The notes under the pieces: generated by a model
Told to the model about the DNA's origin: nothing
Databases searched by the model: none
The model's input: the letters and a program-made list of their open reading frames with translations, nothing else
From: Kiritimatiellia bacterium
GTDB taxonomy: Bacteria > Verrucomicrobiota > Kiritimatiellia > RFP12 > UBA1067
Reading direction: 5' to 3'
Assembly: GCA_017652705.1 (NCBI GenBank)
Contig: JAGCAM010000079.1
Span: 11,475-75,474 of the forward strand
Length of the DNA stretch: 64,000 bases
Part shown: positions 27,684 to 36,866 of the stretch, piece by piece
Layout of the letters: every line of letters begins with the position of its first letter
How positions within the stretch are numbered: position 1 is the first letter of the stretch
Program-made: the position numbers and the translations under genes

Positions 27684-29771
27684 TCAGAACTTCACGGAAG
27701 TCGAGAGCGTATCGACGAAACCGGGCTGTCCGCCGCCGACGTAAACCGCGGTTTCACCCGAGGGCACCGTCGCTTTGCCGTCTTCGCCGAAAACCGCGAA
27801 CTGCTCGTTCAGCAGCGTGAAGGTGACGTTCCGCGACGCACCGGGGGCGATGCGAACGCGCGTGAACCCCTCAAGATGGTGCAGACGGCGGTCGCCGGCC
27901 GCGGCGGGGGCTTTCAGATAGAGCTGCACGACTTCGTCGCCGGCGAGCTTGCCGGTGTTTTTCACGTTGACGGTGATCTCTGCGCCGGACGCCGTCTTTT
28001 TGGCCCGGATGTCGGAGTAGGCGAAAGTCGTATAGGAAAGTCCGTAACCGAACGGATACGCCGGCTTTTTCGTGGCGTAGCGGTAGGTGCGCCCGACGAG
28101 GGTGTAGTCGGCGAACGCGGGAAGGTCGTCGTAGGATTTCGGGTAGGTGATGGGGAGCCTCCCGGCCGGGTTGTTTTTGCCGAATATCGTGCGGGCGACT
28201 GCGCGCCCCCCCTGTTCACCGGGATACCATGCGAGAATGACCGCGTCGGAATTTCTGACGACCGGCTCGAGATCGAACGGGCTGCCGCCGAAGATGACCG
28301 AGACTACGCACTTGCAGCTCTTGCGGTAGCCCTCAAGCAGTTTCAACTGGTTCTGGGGCAGCGAATAGGAGGTGCGGTCGCCGCCGGAATTGTTGACGCT
28401 GCACCCCTCCTCGCCTTCGTCTTCGGCGGTGATGCCGAGACAGACTATCGCGATGTCGCTGCCGTGGGCGCCTTCGGGCACGCCGATTACGCGAACCCCC
28501 GGGCCTGCCTCTTCGACCACCCCGGAGAAGACTGTTGACGGACGCGCAGCGTAGCCGCAGTAGTTGCCGATAAGAGCCACTTCGTCCATCGCGCGCGGAC
28601 CGACCACGCCCACGCAGACGGCTTTCTTGGGGTCGAACGGCAGTGCGCCGTTGTTGGAAATCAGCACGAGAGATTTCTCGGCGGCCTCAAGCGCGAGATC
28701 GCGGTTGGCCTCGGTCGCGACGTCCTTTTCGCCGAGGTGATCCCACGGCGTGGAACCGTTTCTGTCGAACTGGCCGAGCAGAACGCGGGTGTTGAGAAGC
28801 TGCACCAGCGGTCGCTTGAGCTCGTCGCCGGTGACCTTGCCCTCTTTAATGGCGTCGCGGAGGCAGGCGTAGGTGCCTTCCGAACAAAGGTCGAGACCGG
28901 CCGCGATCGCCGCTTTGCACGCCGCCACCCTGTCGGCGGTGAAATGATGTCCGGTGTGGATGTCGGCGACCGCGCCGACATCGCTGACGATATGGCCTTT
29001 GAAGCCCCATTCGCCGCGGAGGATGTCCGTGAGCAGTTCGCGGTTGGCGCAGCACGGCACGCCGTTGAGGGCGCTGTAGGCGCCCATGAACGCCTCGACT
29101 TTCGCGTGCATCGCCAACGTGCGGAACGCCGGCAGATAGTATTCGCGGAGATCCCGCGCCGAAACCTTGGCGTTGAACCCGTGGCGCAGACGCTCGGGCC
29201 CCGAATGCACCGCGAAGTGTTTGGCGCACGCCGCGGTTTTCAGATACTTTTTGTCGTACCCCTGCAGCCCGCGGACGTACGCTCCGCCCATTACGCCGGA
29301 GAGGTAGGGGTCTTCGCCGAACGTCTCCTGGCCGCGCCCCCAGCGCGGATCGCGGAACATGTTGACGTTGGGGCTCCACAGGGTAAGCCCTTTGTAGATT
29401 TCACGCTGGTCGCGTTCGCGGAAGAGGTTGTACTTGGCGCGCGTCTCGGTCGAGACGACGTCGCCGACGCGCTCCTGCAAGCCGGAGTCGAACGAGGCGG
29501 CCATGCCCATCGACTGCGGGAACACCGTGGCGAGACCGGCGCGGGCGATGCCGTGCAGCGCCTCGTTCCACCAGTGGTAGCGGGGAATCCCGAGCCTGTC
29601 GACGGCGGGGGAGTCCATCATCAGCAGATCGACGCGTTCCTCTGGGGAGAGTTGCTCGACCATCGTCCGCGCGCGCAGCTCGCATTCGGAACGGCGGTAG
29701 TCGGAAGGTATGGCTGCGGCGGATGCCGCGGCGAACGCGGCGATGGAACCAGCGGCTATTTTCATGTTCAT
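27684..29771 (-). CDS. GH3 beta-glucosidase/beta-xylosidase family protein
   Basis: 695 aa with a signal peptide. It has KHFAVHSGPE, GHIVSDVGAV (nucleophile-Asp region) and a C-terminal fibronectin-like domain. An SD GGAG lies upstream, and there is an ATGA overlap with the upstream ORF. Confidence 0.88.
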   Translation of the reverse strand: MNMKIAAGSIAAFAAASAAAIPSDYRRSECELRARTMVEQLSPEERVDLLMMDSPAVDRLGIPRYHWWNEALHGIARAGLATVFPQSMGMAASFDSGLQERVGDVVSTETRAKYNLFRERDQREIYKGLTLWSPNVNMFRDPRWGRGQETFGEDPYLSGVMGGAYVRGLQGYDKKYLKTAACAKHFAVHSGPERLRHGFNAKVSARDLREYYLPAFRTLAMHAKVEAFMGAYSALNGVPCCANRELLTDILRGEWGFKGHIVSDVGAVADIHTGHHFTADRVAACKAAIAAGLDLCSEGTYACLRDAIKEGKVTGDELKRPLVQLLNTRVLLGQFDRNGSTPWDHLGEKDVATEANRDLALEAAEKSLVLISNNGALPFDPKKAVCVGVVGPRAMDEVALIGNYCGYAARPSTVFSGVVEEAGPGVRVIGVPEGAHGSDIAIVCLGITAEDEGEEGCSVNNSGGDRTSYSLPQNQLKLLEGYRKSCKCVVSVIFGGSPFDLEPVVRNSDAVILAWYPGEQGGRAVARTIFGKNNPAGRLPITYPKSYDDLPAFADYTLVGRTYRYATKKPAYPFGYGLSYTTFAYSDIRAKKTASGAEITVNVKNTGKLAGDEVVQLYLKAPAAAGDRRLHHLEGFTRVRIAPGASRNVTFTLLNEQFAVFGEDGKATVPSGETAVYVGGGQPGFVDTLSTSVKF

Positions 29772-30397
29772 TTGACTTCTCCGTGTGGGATTTTAACCTT
29801 TGCGGGTTGAAAAATCATTTGAAGGCCACTTTCGCCGGCGCAAGGCCGTCGGAACTCGCGGTCAGTTCGGCAGCCCCTTCCGCACTCGATGCCCGCCCCC
29901 GGGTACCAGCGCGAAGCGTGGTTGTAGGTCGAACACGCGACGACGACGTGGTTCGACTTTGCCGCCAGCAGCCCGGTGACGTCCATCCGGAAACTCATGT
30001 AGCCGTAGTCCCAGCCGCCGGCCAGCCGCCAGTTGACGTAGCCTTTCGCGTCGGCCATGACGCCGTCGAATTCAAGGTAGGCTTTGTCGCCGTTCTCGAG
30101 CAGCGCCCAGTCCGCCGCCGGAATGTCGTCCACCCACCTGCGGTACATGTAGGCCCCCTTCCACGGCAGCTTGCCGGTGACCGGCCCGGCCAGGGGGTTG
30201 AACGGGCCTTCGATCGCGGCGTCGTGAGGCACTTCGACCTTTCGCCATCCTTCGGTCGGATCCGCCGCCTGGATGTTGCGCAGGTGGTCGCCGTTCAAGT
30301 CGCGGATGTACAGCCATCCGCCGTCGAGCGGAACCGTGCCCGCACCGGCGGCGAAGACGCCGCCGAGAACGGCGAGCGGAAAAATGATCTTTCGCAT
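29768..30397 (-). pseudogene. signal peptide plus GH2 N-terminal sugar-binding domain only (truncated GH2 remnant)
   Basis: 209 aa. WRKVEVPHDAAIEGPFN, AYLEFDGVMADAKGYVNWRLAGGWDYGYMSFRMDV and SRWYPGAGI match the GH2 part of the 1749-aa protein. Similarity stops near aa 171, and a non-homologous tail follows. Confidence 0.6.
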
Positions 30398-30400
30398 GCC

Positions 30401-33400
30401 TCAGTTCTCGCGGAAGATGAACTTTGAAAAAGCTCCCGGATCGCTGTTGTAGCCGTTGCCGCGCGTATGCAGGCGGGACATCTCGGTGGTGTGCGGGGTT
30501 CGCTTGTTGAGCGGACGGATCGTCTTGTCGCCGCGGCGGAGGCGGATGAAGTTCCCCGTCCAGGACATGCCCCCTGAAGTCGTCGGGTGCACCGCGTCTT
30601 TGTAGAGCGCGATCATCGGCTTGTACGGCACGTAAAGTTCGATGCTCCACGACTTCTCGTTCTTCGCGATCGCGCAGCGGACGCCTTCCGGCCCCTGGGC
30701 CTTCTTGAAGCCGTCGTACCACTCGAACTTGCCGCTCGCGTTGATAATCACGCGGCCGAAAGCGCCGTAGTCGCCGCCGAGGTCGATCAGCGCTTCGACG
30801 CAGTCGTTGACCCAGTAGTTGCCGGTGGGGCCGTCGTTGCAGAGGTTCGCCATGTCGCTTTCGCGGCAGTCCATGCCGAACGTGACTGCGGTCGGCGTCC
30901 ACACCGCGCGTATCGACGTGCCCTCTTTCGGCGTCGTGCCCTCCTTGCGCGCGCCGGTGAACTCCTGCGCTTCGGCCAGCTTCCAGCAAGCGTCGTCGAG
31001 CTTGCCGTCGATCACGGGGTCCTGCGACACTTTCTGCATCATGAGCGGCGCAAAGGCGCTGCCGGCGGCGTATTCGGCCGATTCCTTGAAAAACTGCGTG
31101 AAGCCGCCTTTGTAGTAGGCGATGCGCTTCATGAGCAGCTCGTCGCCGGCGCAGAGCTGCTCTGCCTCGGCGAAGAGCCCCTCCATCCTCAGAACTTCCG
31201 CCCGCGGATAGGAAATCGTGTAGATGTTCCGGTTGTTGACGCGGGAGACCTTCCACTGCCGCTCCCAGCCTGTCTCCTGCAGGCGGACGATCTCGCGCAG
31301 CTGTTTCGCCGCGGGCCCGAACATGCGGTCGGCGAAGGTGTCGTAGACGGAGTCGATGTTCAGCTCGGGGTTCCACAGCAGGCGCATCCAGCAGTAGGCC
31401 GAAAGCACCAGCCGGTCTACCGGGTAACGACCGTTGAGAAAGCTGCCCGCTGTGATTTCGCGCGTGTCGCGGTAGTGGCGCTGGGCCGTCTTGGCGAAGA
31501 TAAACGGCGCCTGGCAGGTCTCCGCCGGCCAGCAGATGTAGTGCCAGTTCTGCACCGGCCGACCCGTCACCCGCGCCCAGTCGCGGATGAGTTGCTCCTG
31601 GAACTCCTTCACCGGCTTCTCCTTCAGCATGGCGAGACCGGGCATCGTGCAGAGAAACGCCTCGACGTTGCCCTCTTCGACGAAGTCCACCCCGTCGGGT
31701 ATGTCGGTCGTGTTGTGGTACGGCAGAATGACTATTTTCCAGCCGGGCAGTTCCTTCTTCGCCCACTTGGCGAGTTCTTTCGTGAAGTAGCCCCAGAGCA
31801 CGTTCGAAAAGCTCACGCGGCTTTCGGCGATGTTCTCCTGCGGGTGTCTGGCGAGTATCGCCTTGCAGTATTTGCAGTTGCAGAAAACGGCGATGTCCCA
31901 CTGCGAAACGGTGATGCACTTCGCCAGCGGTGCGGTGATGTCGCCGCGTGGCGAACCGCTGGCGATTTCGGCGAGGATGCGCTCCTTGTACGTTTCGAGG
32001 GTGCGGGGGTTGCCGTAGCAGAGCAGCGGCATCGTCGCCCGTTTGCCGTCGTCGGTCAGCGCGAAGATTTCCGGCCGCGTGAACATGAAGTTGAGGTTGG
32101 TGTTCCTGTTCCACGCCCCGGGCGCATGCACGTGGTGCTCTCCGCAGTGGCTGTCGCCGTTTTTCCACACCCGGCACCATTCGTTGCCTTCGTACGGCCA
32201 GAGGTCGCGCTTGGCGAAAACCGGCTTGTCGGAGTAACTGAACGCCGGCAGCGAAAGCCCGTATGTTTTCACCACAGTGCGGCCGCCGTTCTTGACGTCC
32301 CAGTATTCGCGCACGGCGAGGGCGCGCTCCGCGAAGTCGGTCGCCGCGTAATCGCACCGCGCGCCGCAAAGGTAGACCGACCCGTCTTTCACGCACACCT
32401 TGAACCCGTGCGCGTCGACGCCCCAGCGCTCGCGCTGGTAGGTGGCGAGCCCCGCGCGGCGCGTCGCCGCTACATCGCCTATGTAGATCGCCGGGGCGTT
32501 GGTGACCGGTCTGCCGCCGCACTCGCGCACGATCCTGAGCCTGGCGCCGGTCATGTCCTCGATCACCGAGGCGATGAACTGCGCGGCGAACTGCCCGTCA
32601 CGCGAATCTTCGCAGACGATGTCCATCGCCGGTATCGAGCCGAGAGCGACGGTCGCGCCGGCGCCGCCCAGCCAGCGGAAATCTTTCACCGGCGTCAGAT
32701 CGCGCGCGTTCACGTTCATCGGGGCGCGCTGCGCATGATAAACCCTGCGGCGGACGTCGTCGACGCGCACCACCGCCCCGCCGCGCTTGCCCGATTCCTC
32801 CGCGGCGGCCATGAGCGCGAAGATCTCGTCGGTTTCCTCGGAAGGGAAAGGCTTCACCCCGGTTTTGAAAAACTTGAGTATCTCCTCGAGCATCGGCGCG
32901 TAACCCTCGTATCCCCCGAGATCGACCACCCCCTTGTCGGCGGTGAACGCCTGGCCGGAGTAATTCCACATCCCGGGCCCGCGCATCATGCGCAGACCGC
33001 CGAATCTGCCGTCGCGCCATCTGACGGCCACGAAATCGTTGCTTTCGTTCGAAAAGCAGCTGACCGATTCGGCACCGACCCCCATCACCGCCACGAGCGG
33101 CTCGAAACCGTGGATGCCGTACCAGGTGAACCGCGAGTGGGTGCGCTCAAGCGGCGAGGGAGCAGCGTAGTTGACGCCGCGCACCACGCCCAGCTCCCCT
33201 TTGCGCGCCGCCTGCACCTTCGAAGTCCACCGCAGCGCGGAACAGCTGAAGAAATTGGCGTTGACCCGGCGCGCCTCGTCGAATATCCGGGTGGCGGACT
33301 GGTAGTCGCTGGCGAGGGGCTTGTCGATGAACACCCGCTTGCCGCTCGCGAAAACCTCCCGCGCCTGGGCCAGATGCTCGCGGCCGTCCTGCGTTTCAAG

Positions 33401-33721
33401 CAGCACCACGTCGCACTTCGCCAGCACGTCTTTGACGCTCGGCTCCATTTCAACGCCCATCTCCTTCATCTGCCCGATGTATTTCGGGTAGTTGTTCGTC
33501 ACCGCGGGTATCGTGCGCGAGCCGTACTTGTACGCGGCCACGACCCGGAAATCTTTGAATATCTCGCGGTCGCGCTTGACGTTGATGTGCCTGGTGAACT
33601 CGGTGGCGTGCGACGTGTCGACGCCGATGACGCCGATCTTGATTTCGCCGGCCGTCGGGGCGGCCGCGGCCGCCGCCGCCGCGAGAAGTGCGATTGAGCG
33701 AAGTGGTCTGTCCATTTTCAT
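30401..33721 (-). CDS. secreted fusion: Gfo/Idh/MocA oxidoreductase domain + DUF4838 + CBM9-like domain
   Basis: The ATG at 33721 (MKMDRPLRSIALLAAAAAAAA) has an SD GGAG; the track ORF starts at a TTG at 33757.
- Oxidoreductase part: IKIGVIGVDTSHATEF, FIDKPLA.
- DUF4838 part: FCNCKYC, WHYICWP.
- CBM9-like part: IDGKLDDACWK. Confidence 0.85.
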   Translation of the reverse strand: MKMDRPLRSIALLAAAAAAAAPTAGEIKIGVIGVDTSHATEFTRHINVKRDREIFKDFRVVAAYKYGSRTIPAVTNNYPKYIGQMKEMGVEMEPSVKDVLAKCDVVLLETQDGREHLAQAREVFASGKRVFIDKPLASDYQSATRIFDEARRVNANFFSCSALRWTSKVQAARKGELGVVRGVNYAAPSPLERTHSRFTWYGIHGFEPLVAVMGVGAESVSCFSNESNDFVAVRWRDGRFGGLRMMRGPGMWNYSGQAFTADKGVVDLGGYEGYAPMLEEILKFFKTGVKPFPSEETDEIFALMAAAEESGKRGGAVVRVDDVRRRVYHAQRAPMNVNARDLTPVKDFRWLGGAGATVALGSIPAMDIVCEDSRDGQFAAQFIASVIEDMTGARLRIVRECGGRPVTNAPAIYIGDVAATRRAGLATYQRERWGVDAHGFKVCVKDGSVYLCGARCDYAATDFAERALAVREYWDVKNGGRTVVKTYGLSLPAFSYSDKPVFAKRDLWPYEGNEWCRVWKNGDSHCGEHHVHAPGAWNRNTNLNFMFTRPEIFALTDDGKRATMPLLCYGNPRTLETYKERILAEIASGSPRGDITAPLAKCITVSQWDIAVFCNCKYCKAILARHPQENIAESRVSFSNVLWGYFTKELAKWAKKELPGWKIVILPYHNTTDIPDGVDFVEEGNVEAFLCTMPGLAMLKEKPVKEFQEQLIRDWARVTGRPVQNWHYICWPAETCQAPFIFAKTAQRHYRDTREITAGSFLNGRYPVDRLVLSAYCWMRLLWNPELNIDSVYDTFADRMFGPAAKQLREIVRLQETGWERQWKVSRVNNRNIYTISYPRAEVLRMEGLFAEAEQLCAGDELLMKRIAYYKGGFTQFFKESAEYAAGSAFAPLMMQKVSQDPVIDGKLDDACWKLAEAQEFTGARKEGTTPKEGTSIRAVWTPTAVTFGMDCRESDMANLCNDGPTGNYWVNDCVEALIDLGGDYGAFGRVIINASGKFEWYDGFKKAQGPEGVRCAIAKNEKSWSIELYVPYKPMIALYKDAVHPTTSGGMSWTGNFIRLRRGDKTIRPLNKRTPHTTEMSRLHTRGNGYNSDPGAFSKFIFREN

Positions 33722-33876
33722 GACTCCGGTTAGTGGTTGTGGCTGTTCGATTCTCAAAGTCCAGAGCTGCAGACTCTGCCGTTCTGAAAGATATTTGTCG
33801 CGGAAACCGCGGGTGTGAAGCCAGCCTTCGGCGATGTTGGGCTTTTCAACATACCGCTCTCATCGCCGCACCGCCG

Positions 33877-35232
33877 TCAGCCGCGGAACCGCACCGGCGG
33901 CTCCCAGCCTTTCGCGTATTCGTCGCGGCACCACAGCTTCGCGGCAGCCCCTTTGTTCTGCAGCGCACCCGTCTTCGCGTCGAGCCGGATGGTTTCGCCG
34001 GTCGACCACGCCAAATTGGCGGTGTGCGCCATCTGCGTCGTCGCGAGCGACTTGTCCGGACCAGCGAAGCATAGTTTCGGATCCTTCGCGCGGATCGCGT
34101 CCACCCAGTTGCTGACGTGGTCGGTGTCCATGTAGCTCGCGCCGGTCGTGGACTGTATCCACTCGAACGCGCTCTGATCAAGCCACTTGCCGACGAGTTT
34201 GCTCTTGTTGTCGTACTGGAAAACCCCGTCCTGCGGGTGGAAAAGCACCGAACCGCCGGGGCCGAAGAACATGCACCCCGTGCCGATGTCGTGCGGCGCC
34301 TTCACGTTCGTCGACGAGAGGCATTCGAAAGTGATGATGCGCCCGTCGGCGAACTGGTAGCTCGCGTGCTGGGTGTCGGGCCATTCCCAGTCGTCGCCGG
34401 AGTGGAAGCACCTCGCGCCGAGCGAAACCGTCTTCACCGGGTAGTCCACGCCCATGCCCCAGCGGGCGATGTCGAGAAAGTGCGGCGAGTTGTTGCCCAT
34501 CTCGCCGGTGCCCCAGCGGCGGAACCAGTGCCAGTTGTAATGCACGTAATTGTCGTGGAAGTCCGTGCGCGGCGCCGGCCCCTGCCACATTTCCCAGTCC
34601 AGCCACTTCGGCGGGGCGACCTTCTTGCCGACGCCGATCGTCCCGCGGCGGGAGGTGTACCAGCAGCGTGCGTACTTTACATCGCCGATGAGCTCCTTGA
34701 GCCGCGGTATCATCTCGCGGTACACGCGCGAAGCGCGGCGCTGGCAGCCGATCTGCAGCACCTGGCCTGTCTTCTTCCACGTGTCGAGCAGAATCTGCCC
34801 CTCCTCGCCGTTGTAGCTGCACGGCTTCTCGACGTACACCGCCTTGCCCGCGAGCATGGCCATCCACGCCAGCGGCGCGTGCCAGTGGTCGGGCGTCTCG
34901 CAGATGATCCCGTCGATGTCTTTCATCTCGAGGATCTTGCGGATGTCCGTCGTCTGATAGGGCTTCTTGCCGGTGCGCTTCTCGACTTCCGCCACCGCCG
35001 CCGGCATCCCCTCCGGCCGCGTGTCGACGTCGCAGATCGCCGCCACTTCGACGCCGGGCGTCACCGACGCCGCGCGCATCACCCAAATGCCGCGGCACGC
35101 GCCGCGGCAGCCCATGACCGCCACCCGGACCCGGTTCGACGGAGCGCCCGCCCCGATGACGTTCTTCGCCGACGCGATGAAAAACGCGCCCGCCCCGCCT
35201 TTGATGAAGTTCCTTCTGTCCGTCTTGCTCAT
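33877..35232 (-). CDS. TAT-exported Gfo/Idh/MocA oxidoreductase (GH109-like architecture)
   Basis: 451 aa with a twin-arginine signal MSKTDRRNFIKGGAGAFF, a Rossmann RVAVMGCRG and EKP (VYVEKPCS). Confidence 0.85.
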   Translation of the reverse strand: MSKTDRRNFIKGGAGAFFIASAKNVIGAGAPSNRVRVAVMGCRGACRGIWVMRAASVTPGVEVAAICDVDTRPEGMPAAVAEVEKRTGKKPYQTTDIRKILEMKDIDGIICETPDHWHAPLAWMAMLAGKAVYVEKPCSYNGEEGQILLDTWKKTGQVLQIGCQRRASRVYREMIPRLKELIGDVKYARCWYTSRRGTIGVGKKVAPPKWLDWEMWQGPAPRTDFHDNYVHYNWHWFRRWGTGEMGNNSPHFLDIARWGMGVDYPVKTVSLGARCFHSGDDWEWPDTQHASYQFADGRIITFECLSSTNVKAPHDIGTGCMFFGPGGSVLFHPQDGVFQYDNKSKLVGKWLDQSAFEWIQSTTGASYMDTDHVSNWVDAIRAKDPKLCFAGPDKSLATTQMAHTANLAWSTGETIRLDAKTGALQNKGAAAKLWCRDEYAKGWEPPVRFRG

Positions 35233-35287
35233 TCGATTGCCTCGTTTCCCATGTTGGTTTATGTGATTGAACGCTCCCGTCGCCGCC

Positions 35288-36685
35288 TCACGGCTTCGGC
35301 CAGTACTTGTCGGTGTATTTGGTGGGTATGCCCACTTCGCCCCGCTCGAAATTGTTCGCCAGTATACGCCAGCCGAGGTCCAGCGCGTCGATGAGGTCGA
35401 TGTTCACCGAGAGATCCATCATCTCGCGCTCGAATTCCACGCCGTACTTCAGCAGCTTTTCGTCCCATTCCGACATTTTGAAGCCCATCGACTGCTTTTC
35501 GACCGTTTCCTTGTACTGGGCGTAAAGCTTGATCATCGCGTCCATGATCGTGCGGTGGTCTTCGCGCGTGCAGTTGTTCGCGCGGAACCAATCCTTCTCT
35601 TTCGCCGAATTCTCCCCGGCTTCGGCCTGACCGAGCACCGACCGCTGCAGCGTCGAATACGACTTGCCCTTGTTTACCTGCTGCTTCAGGCGCGACAGCG
35701 AGCCGAAAGGCTCGATGCGCCCGTTTTTGAGGTAGAACTGGCCTTCCGTGATGTAGCCGGTGTTGTCCGGCACCGGGTGGGTCACGTCGTCGCCCGGCAT
35801 CGTCGTCACCGCGAGAATCGTTATCGAGCCCGCGCCTTCGAAATCCACCGCCTTCTCGTAGCGGGCGGCGAGCTGGGAATAGAGATCGCCCGGATACCCG
35901 CGGTTGGAAGGTATCTGCTCCATCGTGATCGCGATTTCCTTCAGCGCGTCGGCGAAGGACGTCATGTCGGTCAGCAGCACCAGCGCGTCTTTGCCGTCGA
36001 GCGCGAACTTCTCCGCCACCGCCAGCGATATGTCGGGCACCAGCACGCACTCCACGGTCGGATCCGCCGCGGTGTGCACGAACATCACCGTCTTCGCGAG
36101 CGCGCCCGATTTGTCGAGGGTGTCGCGGAACTTCAGGTACTCGTCGTGTTTGAGCCCCATGCCGCCGATGACGATCACGTCAGAGTCGGCCTGCAGCGCG
36201 ATGCGCGCGAGCAGCTCGTTGTAGGGCTCGCCGGCGCGCGAGAAAATCGGCAGCTTCTGCGATTTCACCAGCGAGTTGAACAGGTCGATCATCGGTATGT
36301 TCGTGCGCACCATCTCGTGCGGCATCACCCGTTTCGCCGGGTTCACCGACGGCTGGCCGATCGGCGATGGATTCTCGGTTATCTCCGGCCCGCCGTCGCG
36401 CGGCGCCCCCGAACCCGTGAACGCCCGGCCGAGCAGATCGTAGGAAAAGGGAACTTTCATCGTCTCGCCGAGAAACCGCACGCTCGCCGCGGTGTCGACA
36501 CCGCGCGCCCCCGCGAAAATCTGAATCGTCACGTTCGGCCCGTCCAGCTTGATGACCTGCGCAAGCGACGTTCCAGCCCGCGAGACCACCTCCGCTATCT
36601 CGTGGTACTTGACACCCTCCGCGCGGAGCGTCGCCACCGAACCGGCCAGATCGTCTATTTTGTGATAAACAGTGTTGTTGAACAT
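35288..36685 (-). CDS. atpB: V/A-type ATPase subunit B homolog, solitary and divergent
   Basis: 465 aa. [67 protein letters not shown]...TREDH and LDLGWRIL follow the B (non-catalytic) subunit pattern. No other V-ATPase subunit is in the window. Confidence 0.8.
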   Translation of the reverse strand: MFNNTVYHKIDDLAGSVATLRAEGVKYHEIAEVVSRAGTSLAQVIKLDGPNVTIQIFAGARGVDTAASVRFLGETMKVPFSYDLLGRAFTGSGAPRDGGPEITENPSPIGQPSVNPAKRVMPHEMVRTNIPMIDLFNSLVKSQKLPIFSRAGEPYNELLARIALQADSDVIVIGGMGLKHDEYLKFRDTLDKSGALAKTVMFVHTAADPTVECVLVPDISLAVAEKFALDGKDALVLLTDMTSFADALKEIAITMEQIPSNRGYPGDLYSQLAARYEKAVDFEGAGSITILAVTTMPGDDVTHPVPDNTGYITEGQFYLKNGRIEPFGSLSRLKQQVNKGKSYSTLQRSVLGQAEAGENSAKEKDWFRANNCTREDHRTIMDAMIKLYAQYKETVEKQSMGFKMSEWDEKLLKYGVEFEREMMDLSVNIDLIDALDLGWRILANNFERGEVGIPTKYTDKYWPKP

Positions 36686-36691
36686 AGCTTA

Positions 36692-36700
36692 ATTATATCA
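36692..36700 (-). promoter_or_regulatory. extended -10 box TGATATAAT, 6 nt from the ATG at 36685 (leaderless candidate)
   Basis: The reverse complement of attatatca is TGATATAAT. Confidence 0.55.
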
Positions 36701-36866
36701 AAAATCTCCCGCCTTGTGTATCGCGCCGGCGCATGTCGCGGATGTCCGCAACTCGCCCGCGACACATTCTTCGCGTCTTTGCGCACGGAAAAAACGGGGA
36801 ACCTCCAAGGGAGCGCCTGTCCCGGCGGCCCCGGCAAAAGCAGGCGCGGCGATGGCGGCAAACCGG

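Noticed and set aside
29772-29884. A possible internal promoter for GH3 inside the non-homologous tail of the GH2 N-terminal remnant (TGATTT..N16..TAAAAT).
   Set aside because: The hexamers are poor, and the ATGA overlap already explains GH3 expression by coupling. It is pure pattern matching without support.
30072-32522. An 816-aa minus-strand ORF overlapping the oxidoreductase-DUF4838 gene in another frame. There are many similar Arg-rich same-strand ORFs, for example 1001-1825, 47478-48668 and 51802-53214.
   Set aside because: They are out-of-frame readings of the real genes. They are extremely Arg/Gly/Pro-rich and have no start context or family resemblance.
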